Shown piece by piece: positions 1 through 15,894 of a stretch of 64,000 nt of DNA. Under the pieces are notes generated by a model. That model saw only the letters and a program-made list of their open reading frames with translations. It searched no databases and was not told where the DNA came from. The stretch is from Chrysomallon squamiferum (taxonomy: Eukaryota; Animalia; Mollusca). Each line of letters opens with the position of its first letter. Position 1 is the stretch's first letter. The position numbers were made by a program, and so were the translations under genes. Where the stretch lies: assembly GCA_012295275.1 (NCBI GenBank), contig CM022672.1:14384001-14448000 (forward strand), given 5' to 3'.

Positions 1-63
1 ACATGTGATAATAATACTACTACTAATAATAATTATAATAATAATAATAATAACAACAACAAC

Positions 64-94
<31 letters not shown>

Positions 95-411
95 TAATAA
101 TAATAATAATAATAATAATGATAATAATAATAGGAAATAAAATATAAAATTAAATAAAATTTTAAAATACACTTCACTCAGTATTAAAAACTATTAGGTA
201 TGTTTGTATGTTATAAAAACTTTCTGTTTTAAAAACACATTTTAGTTGTATGCAATAACTGGACTTGGGACATTATAAAATATATATATCTATATATATA
301 TATATATAGATATATATATTAATAATTAGTATAATATGCCTTTTTGTATAATGTAATTTTGTAAAAATTGTCACGTTTATAAATTGCATGTTAAATCTGT
401 TATTTTTTTAC

Positions 412-462
412 CTTGAAAGACCCAATTAAAGCATCTGACCTAAATGTCTTGGCATTATGAAC
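412..462 (-). CDS. MYOF: Ferlin exon 8 (VHNAKTFRSDALIGSFK)
   Basis: ttttttcag acceptor, AAG|GTAAAA donor, 51 nt, phase 0/0; corresponds to ferlin V.NS.SLR.D.L.GEFK. Confidence 0.9.
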
Positions 463-584
463 CTGAAAAAAAAGAAAGAAATATAAATAAATATAAATTT
501 TCTTGTTAATGAATTTTACCTAAATTAACTGAAGTAAAAATTAATTTAAAAAACACTGAAATTTTTAATGTTCAAATTTAAAAT

Positions 585-624
<40 letters not shown>

Positions 625-1034
625 CCTCTCAAAGATATTTTTATAAACCCAAAATTCCAGCTGGTTTAAATATTAAACTTATGATAATATCTCATGAATT
701 AAATATGTATAAATATAAAAAGGAAAAGAATTTATCTTTTTTGATAATCTGTAAAAAAAAAAATTTTTAAAGATCTTTTCCAACAATATGTTTTTACCAA
801 TTTTTGTATGTAACAGTGTGCATTCTTATAACTGAATTATTTTAAAACTCTCATACTCAAAACTTTTAAATCTCAAAGGGAATTATCTGAAACATCTGAA
901 ACTCCTATGGAATTTGGGGAATATAATTACATAATCTCAGTTATTTGATCACTGTCAAAACCTCAAAGCAAAATATTTTAAAACACTGAAACTCAATTAT
1001 ATAATATTAAATTCAGAAATTCACACTGAATTAT

Positions 1035-1676
1035 ATTAAAACTCAAAGTGAACTGTATTAAAACTGAAAGTAAATTGCATTAAAACTCAAAGTGAATTAT
1101 ATCAAAATGTATTATATAAAAACTCAAAGTGAATTATACTAATACCACAAGTCTGTTATTTTAAACGTCTGAACCTCTATGAAACTCAAAGTGGATTGTA
1201 TTAAAACTCAAAGTGAACTGCTGTATTAAAACTCAAAGAAAGTGAACTGTATTAAAACTCAAAGTGAACTGTACTAAAACTCAAAGTGAACTGTATTAAA
1301 ACTCAAAGAAAGTGAACTGTATTAAAACTCAAAGTGAACTGTATTAAAACTCAAAGTGAACTGCATTAAAACTCAAAGTGAACTGTATTAAAACTCAAAG
1401 AGAACTGTGAACTGTGAACTGTATTAAAACTCAAAACTCACTAAAAATCAAAGTGAACTGTACTAAAACTCAAAGTGAACTGTATTAAAACTCAAAGTGA
1501 ACTGTATTAAAACTCAAAGAAAGTGAACTGTATTAAAACTCAAAGAGAACTGTACTAAAACTCAAAGTGAACTGTATTAAAACTCAAAGAAAGTGAACTG
1601 TACTAAAACTCAAAGAAAGTGAACTGTATTAAAACTCAAAGAGAACTGTTTTAAGACTCAAAGTGAGCTGTTTTAA
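1035..1676. repeat. 22-bp minisatellite (AAAACTCAAAGTGAACTGTATT)n with 26-bp variants
   Basis: Directly visible 22-nt period (e.g. CTC at 1328 and 1350); some units carry an extra AAAG. Confidence 0.95.
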
Positions 1677-1680
1677 GCAC

Positions 1681-1875
1681 CTGGAACTCAATGAGCTCGT
1701 CGAAGAGCTCTGCGGGAGACGAGTGGAAGTTGAAGAAAAACGACTCGTTCCAGAACGGGCTATTTGTCGACTTCTTCACCCGCGTCTGCTTTGTCTGGTT
1801 GTAGACGGTTACCTTGGCAACAGGCTGGATGTTTGCACCTTGCAGCTGGCGAGCTTCAATAACCCGTATTCTAAT
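1681..1875 (-). CDS. MYOF: Ferlin exon 7, C2B domain ([24 protein letters not shown]...[13 protein letters not shown]...IEFQ)
   Basis: atttcag acceptor, CAG|GTGCTT donor, 195 nt = 65 codons; strong resemblance to the myoferlin/dysferlin C2B domain. Confidence 0.95.
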
Positions 1876-1896
1876 CTGAAATGATGATAACAACGG

Positions 1897-3082
1897 AAAA
1901 TATTACTAAAAATATTACTGAACTTTTCAATGAGATATAACTAAAAATATTACTAAAAATATTACTGAACTTTTCAAGGAGATATTACTAAAAATATTAT
2001 TAATCCTCTCAAGGTAATGTTACTAAAAATATTACTAATCTTTTCAAGGTAATATTAAATATATTACTATTCTTTTCAAGGCAATATTACTGAAGGATAT
2101 TACTAATCTTTTCAAGGTATTATTACTAACCTTTGCAAGGTAATATTACTGAAAAATATTATTATTCTTTCAAAGGTAATATTACTAAAAATATTACTAA
2201 TCTTTGCAAGGTAATATTAAATATATTACTACACTTTTCAAGGCAATATTACTGAAAGTATTATTAATCTTTTCAAGGTAATATTACTGAAAAATATTAA
2301 TCTTTGCAAGGTAATATTACTGAAAGTATTATTAATCTTTCAAAGGTAATATTACTTAAGAATATTTTAACAGTAATATAGTCATCAATAATTTGACTAA
2401 TCTTTTCAAAGTAATATTAATGAAAGTATTATTAATTTTTTCAAGGTAATACTACTGAAAAATATTAATCTATCAAAAGTAATATTACTGTAAAATGTTA
2501 TTAATCCTTTCAAGGTAATATTGCCAAAAATATTGCTAATCTTTCCAAGGTAATATTACTAAAAATAGTATTGATGTTTACAAGCTAATATTACGAAAAA
2601 AAAATATAATAAATTTTTCCAAGGTAATATTGCTGAGAAATATTATTAATGTTTCAAGGTTATTTTAAAAATATTATTAATCTTTACAAGAGAATATTAC
2701 TGATAAGTATTGTTAATCTTTTCATGATTAGGTGCCTGAAAAATATTACTAATACTGCTGAAAAACTTGATTAATCCTTTCAAGGTAATATTACTAAAAA
2801 TAATACTAATCTTTTCAAAGTAATATTAATGAAAAATATTATTAATCCTTGCAAGGTAATATTACTAAAAATATTACTAATCTTTTCAAGGTAATATTAC
2901 TGAAAAATATGATTAATCTTTAGAAAGTAATATTACTGAAAAATATTATTAATCTTTCCAAGGTAATATTAGTGTAAATTATTAACCTTTTCAAGGTAAT
3001 ATTATAAAAAGTACTACTAATCTTTCCGAAGTAATATTAGTTAAAAAAAAAAAAAAAAAGTATTCATCTAATCAAGGTAATA
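1897..3082. repeat. ~34-36-bp AT-rich minisatellite (CAAGGTAATATTACTGAAAAATATTATTAATCTTTT)n
   Basis: Roughly 30 diverged units, most containing the palindrome GTAATATTAC. Confidence 0.92.
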
Positions 3083-3286
3083 GGTATCTTTCTCATTTCT
3101 TTTATCACTCTACTGTCTATTTATTTGTTTAAATCTTTAGTTTTTTCTCATGTTCTTCCAACAATTATTCCTTCTTTCCATTCATTTTCTTATTTCTATC
3201 CATCCTGTTTTTCCCCATCTCTGAATCCACCTATTCTATTTTCTTTATTGCTGTCTACCTCTCTTCTTTTCATTGTTTCTTTTATT

Positions 3287-3338
<52 letters not shown>

Positions 3339-3576
3339 ATATAAATATGTATATATGAATGTATATATATATATATATATATATGCATGTATGTATGTAT
3401 GTATGTATATATATTTTGGGTAAGTTTAAAAAAATTCTGTATTTGTAAAAAATGTTTATACATTACATAATCATGAGTAGTTTAAAGTATAGATAGTGTT
3501 AGTAAAATTAGGTTTCAAATTCTTTGTAAATAAAAAGAAGAAAGGCCTCCCCTTCTACAAAATCTGACCCCCAAAA

Positions 3577-3623
<47 letters not shown>

Positions 3624-3720
3624 AAAAAAAAAAAAAAACCTCAACTTCCTCAAAATCTACCCCATAAATAAATCAATAAATAGATAAAAATTTAATACCA
3701 ATATACTAAATAATAATAAC

Positions 3721-3752
<32 letters not shown>

Positions 3753-4996
3753 GAATATATATATATTTATCTACTATATGTGTATATATATATATATTAA
3801 TAATAATAAGAATATATATATATATATAAAATAACCCAATAATAATATTAATTATAAAAATTAATCAAAAACAAATTAATATATATATATTTTTTTTTCT
3901 TCAGTAAAGCCAGGAAATTTGTCTTTCACATGAAATGTTTACTGTTAAGTCAACTGTGCTGCTTCTGTGATAGAGTTTGATTAAAAACAGGTACAAAGAT
4001 CAATAGCGGTTTAGTTGTTCTACAAAGTACCACCTGTGACACTCTGTAACACAATGTAGTAAAGTGTTGAACAATTCACACAGTAAATGGTATACAATTA
4101 GTGAAGTAACATACTGCACAGGGTATATGGAACATGTATAGATTTTATCTAGGAGTGCTGATCAAAATAATAATTATGTATGCTAATTATGTTATTACTT
4201 TCAAAGTGTGTATGTGTGTGTGAGTACATTATATCTATATAGGTGTGAGTACACACCTATATAGATATAATATACATGCATATGTGTGTATGTGTGTGTA
4301 TTAGTTATGCATTGTGTTGTGTGTTTGTGTGAATTAAATATATATATGATGATGTAGATTTTCTGTTTTACAATGAAACTGAGATAAAAATGATGACAAC
4401 ATTTTATGCACATACTTATCTATATACAATAATATGAAATATTTAACAATTTAAATACAATATTATGTAAAACTTAAATCATTTCAACTCTATAAAATGA
4501 AAAAGTTAATAATATAAAATACTATACAATTCTAATGCTGTAATATAAAACACTTAATAATTTAGATCTGTGAAATACTTAACAACTGAAAAACAGTGTA
4601 ACATAAAACGCTTAACAGTTTTAATATTATAATACGATATATTTAATATATTATTAATTATTTAATTGTAATACTGTAATACTAAATATATAATCACTAA
4701 CGACTACTAAAACACACACACACACACACACAATGTGGGTTAGATAATATATGATATTAATGAGTGGACATATGTTACTCGTCCCCACTGAGCTAAACCT
4801 AGAGAGCACTACATGAAATAAAAACACTTGCTGTTTAACTAATGGAAACAATCAGCCAGATTTATGCCTACATAAAATGAATTCCACTGAATCAAGATGC
4901 ATTAAACTGAGAGATGATTATCACAGACACAAATCTACATAATCCACACCATGCTGACTGTTCATTTTGTATTCCGTTTAAACAATATTTATCAGA

Positions 4997-5034
<38 letters not shown>

Positions 5035-5248
5035 GCAGCACAACAACAAATAGTAATAAATATACTAAAATAATAAAACAAATAAAGGAAATGAAATGAA
5101 CTAAAATAAGTAAAATATATTAAACAATAAAATAGAACAAACAAATGTGACTGTGTTTTAAGAATAATAATTGTGTTTGTAATATGCTGTTGAGCAATCT
5201 ACATAAACCAAATAATTATAATATGAAGTAACTACTTTCTACAGAATC

Positions 5249-5310
<62 letters not shown>

Positions 5311-5882
5311 TATAAAAATAATAATTTTGCAACTCTGTTTAAGAAACAGAATCAAGCTTTTCAACAAAAGTTTAATTATACCAGGATGGCTTTAAGAATT
5401 AAATTAAAAAAAAAAATTAATATTATTTTTTTTTTAACAATGTTTTTGGCTCAAATCATATCAAACAAAATACAAAGAAAGAAACAATATTTTCTTTAAA
5501 AAATGTATATATTGATTACCTGTCAACAATTTCTTTCAATTTAGTTATTTTGCCTCTGTTTTAATACTATATTTTACCTGCATTTTATTATTATTGTACC
5601 TGTATTTTATATCATTTTACATAAATAATTACTATTTCTTCTTCAGACAAACCCTTTAAGAACTACAATTATTTTAACTTTGTATTAATATTATTTTACC
5701 TGCATTTTAACAATATATCACCTGAATTAAGAACTACAGTTATTTTAACTTTGTATTAATATTATTTTACCTGCATTTTAACATAAGTATTAATACATAT
5801 TTTTGCCTGTATTTTAACATAATTTTACCTGCATTTTCACGCCCACAGGTACAAAACTAAGAAAGACTGTCATCAGACAAAC

Positions 5883-6188
5883 CTGAAAGTGCATGGGTTT
5901 ACTGTCTGTTAACATCGCTCGCTTGCTTTTCTTCTTCGTGGACTGAAGAAATTTTTTCTTCTTTCTTTTCTTCCCCCCTCCATTGTCATCGAAGTCTTCA
6001 ACATCGTGGACGGGTTCATCGTCGGTGTCGGACAGCAGTGGTCGAGTCTCTGGGTCCTTTGCCGGTTTAGAACTTTCCAGTTTAGATTTTTCCGGTTTAG
6101 AATTTTCCGGTTTAGAACTTCCCGGTTTCGAACTTTCCGGTTTAGAATTTTCCGGTTTAGAATTTTCTGATTTAGAATTTTTTTTCAT
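5883..6188 (-). CDS. MYOF: Ferlin alternative linker exon 6B (SKPEN repeats, ETRPLL, acidic, basic, KPMHFQ); 5' boundary uncertain (ATG at 6188 or acceptor at 6166)
   Basis: Open, GC/CpG-rich frame ending TTTCAG|GTTTGT in phase 0, like exon 6A; same acidic-basic-KPxxFQ layout. Confidence 0.72.
6061..6180. repeat. 15-bp coding tandem repeat (TCCGGTTTAGAATTT)n
   Basis: About 8 units encoding (E/G)(N/S/K)SK(P/S/L) on the minus strand. Confidence 0.9.
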
Positions 6189-6769
6189 TTTGTATAGATT
6201 TTTTTTTTTCTTTTTTATCTATGTTCTAAAAAGCTTTATTTTTTTAATTTATTTATTTAATTTTATTTTTGTTATTATTATTATTATTATTATCATTTTT
6301 TTTTTTTTCTTTTGATGAAAAATATTTTTTTTTTGCCAGTTTATCTTTTTTTGGTGACTGTTTTTTTTTTTTTCAGATTCTTTTTATTATTATTATTTCA
6401 AAACACTTGTTTTTGTTTATTTATTTATTTTAGTTTTATTATTATTAATGCTTCTTTTTATTACTTTTTTTATTTGTGATTTATTTGATTTATTTTTTAA
6501 AACTGTATTCTGATAACAAAAATTTATGTTCTGTGTTTTCAATCATTAAAATGATATTTTAGCAAAATAGCATTACATTCATAGTTTATCTTCCACAGTC
6601 AAAATGGATTAGGTTAACTTGAATAAAATCCAGTCTCTTTATACCAACATCTTCACACATTACTTCAGAATAAGAAAATAATGAAATCTGTGCTGAACAA
6701 TGTTGAATAAATTTTCTGATGTTAAAACTGAAATTAAACACTTTCAAACTATTATCAAATCTGGATCCA

Positions 6770-6866
6770 GCTAATCCAGCTGGATGTGGTATCTATGCTA
6801 ATCCAAGTGGATGTTGTACTTCTGCTAATCCAAGTGTATATAAGGTATCTCTCTGCTAATCCATAT
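6770..6866. repeat. Short diverged ~27-32-bp tandem repeat (GCTAATCCA core)
   Basis: GCTAATCCA recurs near 6770, 6797, 6824 and 6856. Confidence 0.7.
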
Positions 6867-8682
6867 AGTAAATATCTGACAAATGGGGAAATGGGCACAT
6901 CAGAAATAACTGTTCACAATATCCATTTAATATGCCCTGATATTACACCAGCTGATGTACAATAAACAAAACAGACAAGAACATTTTTTTTTTACAGTAA
7001 CAATTAATTTACAACTTAATGAACTAGCTGTCAGGACAGAAAAACTTTGTGCACTAAATACAACAAAGGCTACTGCACACAAACCGTGCTTTTTTTCCCA
7101 AAAATTATCTGAATGACTCAAAACCAATTTTCACAAATTACGGTTATCGCAATTAGCAGCAATCAGCTGTAATTGGCTCAGACACACACAGACACACATT
7201 GCACTGCGAGACTGTAACTGAAGCAGTGAGAACCGTAAAAACACAGGACACACAACAGTGGCGACATTTGCATATTGGAAAATGCAGTTTTGCAACGCTC
7301 TGTAATGACAATTAATCAGCAACAACAGCGTGCTGACAAAAGGGTGTTTTGTGTTAAAACTTTTCTTCCTGACGGACATTATTCACTGAAATTATCACAG
7401 AACGCAACGTTACAATAGCCGCATTTAAAAACCGACAATAGCTCGGCGAACCTGTTGCAAACAGTCGACATTGATCACTTCAGTGCGAGTTTTTGCAACA
7501 ACTGCTGGAACAACAAAAGTGATGATTACATTGTTACCTTACCTGGCAGTTCTTCATGTGTGGGCGAGAACTTAAAACCGAGGTCTGACATCAGAATGTT
7601 AAAAGATATTTTGTTTAAAATAATAAATAATAAAAAAATATTAAGTTGTCATCCAGGCAGAGCATTCATGACTATTGCTTTGTACGATGATGCTGTTGAA
7701 AAACAGATTGATTGAAACTGTGTGTGTGTATCTACTATCTGCAACATCTGGTGCGATGGCCACAGAGAGAGACACAGTGAACATAACAACAGTCGTAATT
7801 AAACATGATTTTCTCGATCGACACAGTCTATAATGTTATATATTCAGGACAGATGTATTATATAATATGTACATGGAGATATACACACATGATAACACAC
7901 TTAGAGATCTACTTATATAGAAACCTACATAATTACCTACCTACCTACCTAAATACAGACATATACGTACATAAATACATATAGTGAAAATGGTAACGTT
8001 GTTAGTTTTACAGCAAATTTATAACAAAAAATAGAAAAAAATAACTATGTAATAATTTTATGTAATTAAAAAAATAACTACAGTGGGTATGTATGTTGTA
8101 TACTTTAATTTTCTAAATTAAAATAGAATAATAACTAAGTTATAATTTTACATTGGGGAGAGGGGTGGACTGAAAGAAAACGTATAACTATGTTATAGTT
8201 TCAGTCCAAAGGAAAGATGTATTACACAGAAGAAAACTATGTTATATCACACTCCTGTGAAAATAAATATAAAGGTAACTTAAAAATAAATTTTTGAAAA
8301 TATATATTATTATCATTTTATTTTATTTATTTATTTATTTATTTATTTTTTATTTTAAATTGTTTAACACAACATTATAACAACGATTTTGTTTTCAAGC
8401 ATGTATTAAATTCAGTATGGAATTGCTATTCATTATTTTAATGGTCAAAATTTCCCAGATGACTGAAGTTAATTATAGGCAGTTAGCAGAAAGCTTGCAA
8501 CATGTGCATCCCATTTCAAACACTGGTGATATGCAGTCACTAATAGGTATTTGTATAAGCATATTTTAAAATACTATGCATATATAATTATTATATAAGT
8601 ATATTTTAAAGTGAAAAAAATCATAGTTTATTTTACTAATTACAATTTTATATATGAATAGATGTATGTATGTGTGTATATA

Positions 8683-8770
<88 letters not shown>

Positions 8771-9794
8771 TTTGCAATTTTAAAAAATAATATACAGGAC
8801 TATATTACAATATATTATATACCTTAAAACCAGTTGCCACAATATATATATATAAAGATATATATAACTATATTATAATAATAAAGATGATGTTGATGAT
8901 GAAAATAGTATTATAATCATCACTGTTTTTGATTTACTGTCAGCTGAAATATTTAATATATTACAAGAGACAACATTCTTTTTTCCTTCTTTGCTGTATC
9001 TCTTTCTCTCTTTTCCTCATACAGATGGACATAGATAGACTGACACATGTACAGACATACACATCCATTAAAACCCATGTACAGACATTTTTAAAATCAT
9101 CTGTTCCTGTCTTATCTTATTTCCATTTTAACCCATTTTCTATTGCATGTCCATTAAAATTTATTTTATATAATATGTCCATTGTAACCCATTTGTGTGA
9201 CATTTTTAAAATCATTTGTTCCTGTGTTATCTTATTTGTGTTTATTTTAACTTTTTTTTGCATGTCTTATGAATAAATATATTTAAAAGTATATATGTTA
9301 CTGTGTAGGCATGTTTTTGTATTTTTTTATCCATAATTTTAAAGCAAAAATGCACCAAGAAAAAAAAAAGAACAAAAAATGAAATAAAAAAAAAAAAAAT
9401 AAAAAAAAATAAAAAATGGTATAAAAGGTTTTTTTTTATCTTTCTGTGTGAATTAAAATATTAAAATAAAATAAAATAAAATAAAATAAAATAAAATAAA
9501 ATTTGTAAAATAAAAAATAAAAAATAAAATTTTAAAGGCAAAAAATGCAATTAAAATAAAAACAAATAAAAAAAAAAATAAAATAAAATAAAATAAAATA
9601 AAATAAAATAAAATAAAATAAAATAAACAAAAATAAATAACCTTTTGTATTATGTCACATATATATTATTAAAGTATGAAGGAAGAAAACAAAAGAACCC
9701 ACCAAAAAAAACATTAATTATTCTCTAACCTAAACACAACAAAATATTTCCCAAATACTCTCCTAAAAAAACCCGTTGCCATAGTAAAACTAAC

Positions 9795-9990
9795 CTGAAA
9801 GTCTTGTGGTTTGAATGAAAGATTTCCCTTCACTTTACGCTTCCCTTTTCTTCGTTGTTTGCGCTTCAGTTTGCGCTTTGATGGTTTGCCAGTGGCAGCA
9901 TCCACAACATCCACACCATCTTCTTCATCCTGTGTCTCTTCCTCTCCTCCTCTTCCTCCTCTTCCTCATCATCCTGACCAATCACTCTAC
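9795..9990 (-). CDS. MYOF: Ferlin linker exon 6A (acidic stretch, basic stretch, NLSFKPQDFQ); apparent 1-nt frameshift as assembled
   Basis: gttacag acceptor and CAG|GTTAGT donor; ends in the ferlin motif KPQDFQ. It is 196 nt where 3n+2 is needed, and the break lies in the GAG/GAA run near 9940-9950. Confidence 0.85.
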
Positions 9991-10088
9991 CTGTAACAAC
10001 AATTAAATACCAGTTTCTGTAAATTATAATTTGTGGATGTGTTTTTTTTTTTGGTTTTTTGCACGTATATGCTGAGTATATGAAAGAG

Positions 10089-12882
<2,794 letters not shown>

Positions 12883-12933
12883 TGTAGCCAAAATGATATC
12901 TACATTAAAACTGTGAACTGCCTGATTTCTTAC

Positions 12934-13006
12934 CCTCTGTGTCTCCACCTCCTCCTGCTCCTGCACCTTTTGGTGGTTTGTAAATAACTTTCAAGTTGAC
13001 ACATGC
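12934..13006 (-). CDS. MYOF: Ferlin exon 5 (ACVNLKVIYKPPKGAGAGGGGDTE), end of C2A
   Basis: atttcag acceptor, GAGG|GTAAGA donor, 73 nt, phase 0 to 1; L.I.Y.PP marks the end of C2A in ferlins. Confidence 0.88.
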
Positions 13007-13117
13007 CTGAAATAACACAACTGATCATTGTTAGTGTCTGAAATATGTTTATGTCACTGATATATAATATTGTGTATTAAACAGGTTCATCAAATTCATT
13101 AATGACAGTCCATGAGT

Positions 13118-13171
<54 letters not shown>

Positions 13172-13319
13172 CTCTCTCTCTCTCTCTCTAACATACATTC
13201 TAAATGGAAAACGGTCAAAAGAACAAAAGAATGATATAGATTATATTCAATTCATATACATGAAGAGTTTTAGTATTTGATACATCAAAACAAAAATAAT
13301 GAAGTGATTAATGCACATT

Positions 13320-13391
<72 letters not shown>

Positions 13392-13396
13392 GATAC

Positions 13397-13502
13397 CTGA
13401 AGAGGTCTGCCATTTCCATCCTGCAGATTAATGCTGAGTTCTTTTGCCTGATCTCCCCCTCGAGCAAATTCAGCTAGACTAACTTTGATGGACCCCAGCA
13501 GT
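13397..13502 (-). CDS. MYOF: Ferlin exon 4 (RLLGSIKVSLAEFARGGDQAKELSINLQDGNGRPLQ)
   Basis: tttttcag acceptor, CAG|GTATCT donor, 106 nt, phase 2 to 0. Confidence 0.9.
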
Positions 13503-15536
13503 CTGAAAAACAAACAGCTTAATATGTTTAACAGTTACTTTTCAACACTTTAAAACACAGTATTAACATCTATTACATTTTTAACAAACCAAGCATTACA
13601 CTGAAACAAAGTATTACACTTTAATACACCAGCTATGTACAACATTAACAGAGTTTTAGTTAATTAAGACAGTATCTAATATGAGGAACATTAACATTTT
13701 GCTAAACACAATGCTTTTATCTTTTATTGATGTTCTGTTCCCCAAACTGTTTTTTTAAAATAATATTGATATTTATTCTAGTATTCATATGATTTTGTTA
13801 ATAGCAATATTTCTAATGCATAACAGTATGTACAAATAATTATGTATATAGGTTAATTGTTACAGAAGAATATATTAACTGAATTGTTTAACTACATCCC
13901 AGCACACAGGAGTAGATATATAATAATGATGATGATGATGATGATAATAATAATGATGATGACAATAATAAATTAGAAAATGGGTTAAAGCATAATATAA
14001 TCCACCATCAATAGGCAGTTCTTGTTCCAGATGCAAAAGTACAGTTTACTTGACATTTAACACCACTGAATAAAATCACATTGCTTCAGCACATCGCAGA
14101 CTCAGTCATAATAGAATGTTTATGTTAACACTTTATTTTTACTATTTTAATGTCAGTATGTCATGGTAATTCCTTAATTAAAGCAGATGTGCCACAATTA
14201 TATTTTTTTTACTTCTAAAATATCTACAATTAGAGATCCTACAGAATCAACATTACAATTACAAAATATATATGTCTCCAGTAGATGAACTAATTGTTAT
14301 ACTTGATTATAAAAACTATCATTATTGAGATAGGCACAACAAACCTACAGCTGCTGTGCATATGAATACATATATTTTTTTTTTTTCTTTCTTTCTTTCA
14401 CATTATTAAGACATCATATAATAGTAAACATTATTTTAAATGGGATAGACAAATTATCTACAGCAGCATGGGCGAGTGAACGATTACCATGAAAAACCAA
14501 AGTGAAATGCTTTTTATTGATTTAATTTTATTTATTTATTTATATGAATTATTTTTTTCCATGAATACAAAATTATGAAAATAAAGTTAGTATTTTTTAT
14601 GACATGTACAAGTCTCGATATACAAATTACATACAGCAGACTGAGTAGCTGAATTCAACACTCGTCTGAAAATAGAAAACTACTTATTTTTTTTCTCACA
14701 GTCTAATTAATATTATTTTCATATTTACAACACATCATTGCTGATACAATTTATCTACAGCTGCCTGAGTAGTGGAATACTTTATTATCATGGACTATAA
14801 TAATCTGTAGCAGACATCTTCTTCTGCTGCTTGCATTTTCTTTTTCTTTTCTTTTTATGCACAGTATAGTGGTGAACAGAAAGATAATCACTGATAGTAG
14901 TATAGATATTAAATTATATATTTCAGGAATAATAGTTATTGAGATCAAATCCCAGTACAGGCTCCTACCTAGATCCAACTGATGATGGTAAAACCCTGTA
15001 ATATACTCTCTTGTAACTAATTTTCTAACACACTAACAGTAATGTACTTTGTATACTCTGTGTATGTTCTAGTATGTTCTAGTATCAAAGCACAGTGGAT
15101 ATAGGCATTGGGTGGTGACAAATATTTGTGATTTTCATAATTTGTAGAAAATACATATTTGGTTGAACATACAGGTGGTTTTCTCGTGTGACAAAACCTT
15201 TGATGACAGGATCCTTTCCAAGATGTACCTCATGCACACACACACACCCACACACACACACACACACACACATGCACAGATACACACACACACAAACACA
15301 CTGAGAGAGAGATTAAAACATCCATAAAGAAACACAGACACATAAAAACACACACAGACTTGTAAATACCTTGACACATACAAACACCCACTTTAGTAAC
15401 TGCTGCTATACATACACAGACTTGTTAAGGTTTCATGCACCTCATTACACATAATTATGAATAATGTACGTAGTAATAAATTACATTTTGTTTTTCTTCT
15501 AGACACCTGACACACACTTTCCTAGTACTAAAGGTC

Positions 15537-15574
<38 letters not shown>

Positions 15575-15862
15575 ACGTACTCTAGTGATACTTTTTTCTC
15601 AGATGATGTGATTAACAATATGTAATGACTAATACAATCTCGTATCTGGAATATTTATCTATTTATCTGTACATTTATATTTAATCTGTGTGCACCCAAA
15701 GATAGAGATACATAGATACTTATGTAATACCATCTAAACATTCATATATTCATACATATACTTAATAAACAGATATTCAAAAACACAAACACAAATATAC
15801 ACATGTATTACATACATACATGTATAGCCATACATTCCTTTACATCCATCCATCCATCCACA

Positions 15863-15894
<32 letters not shown>

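Noticed and set aside
1035-1676. Regular 22-bp array as a CRISPR-like locus
   Set aside because: Units are head-to-tail with no unique spacers, there are no cas genes, and the context is a eukaryotic intron.
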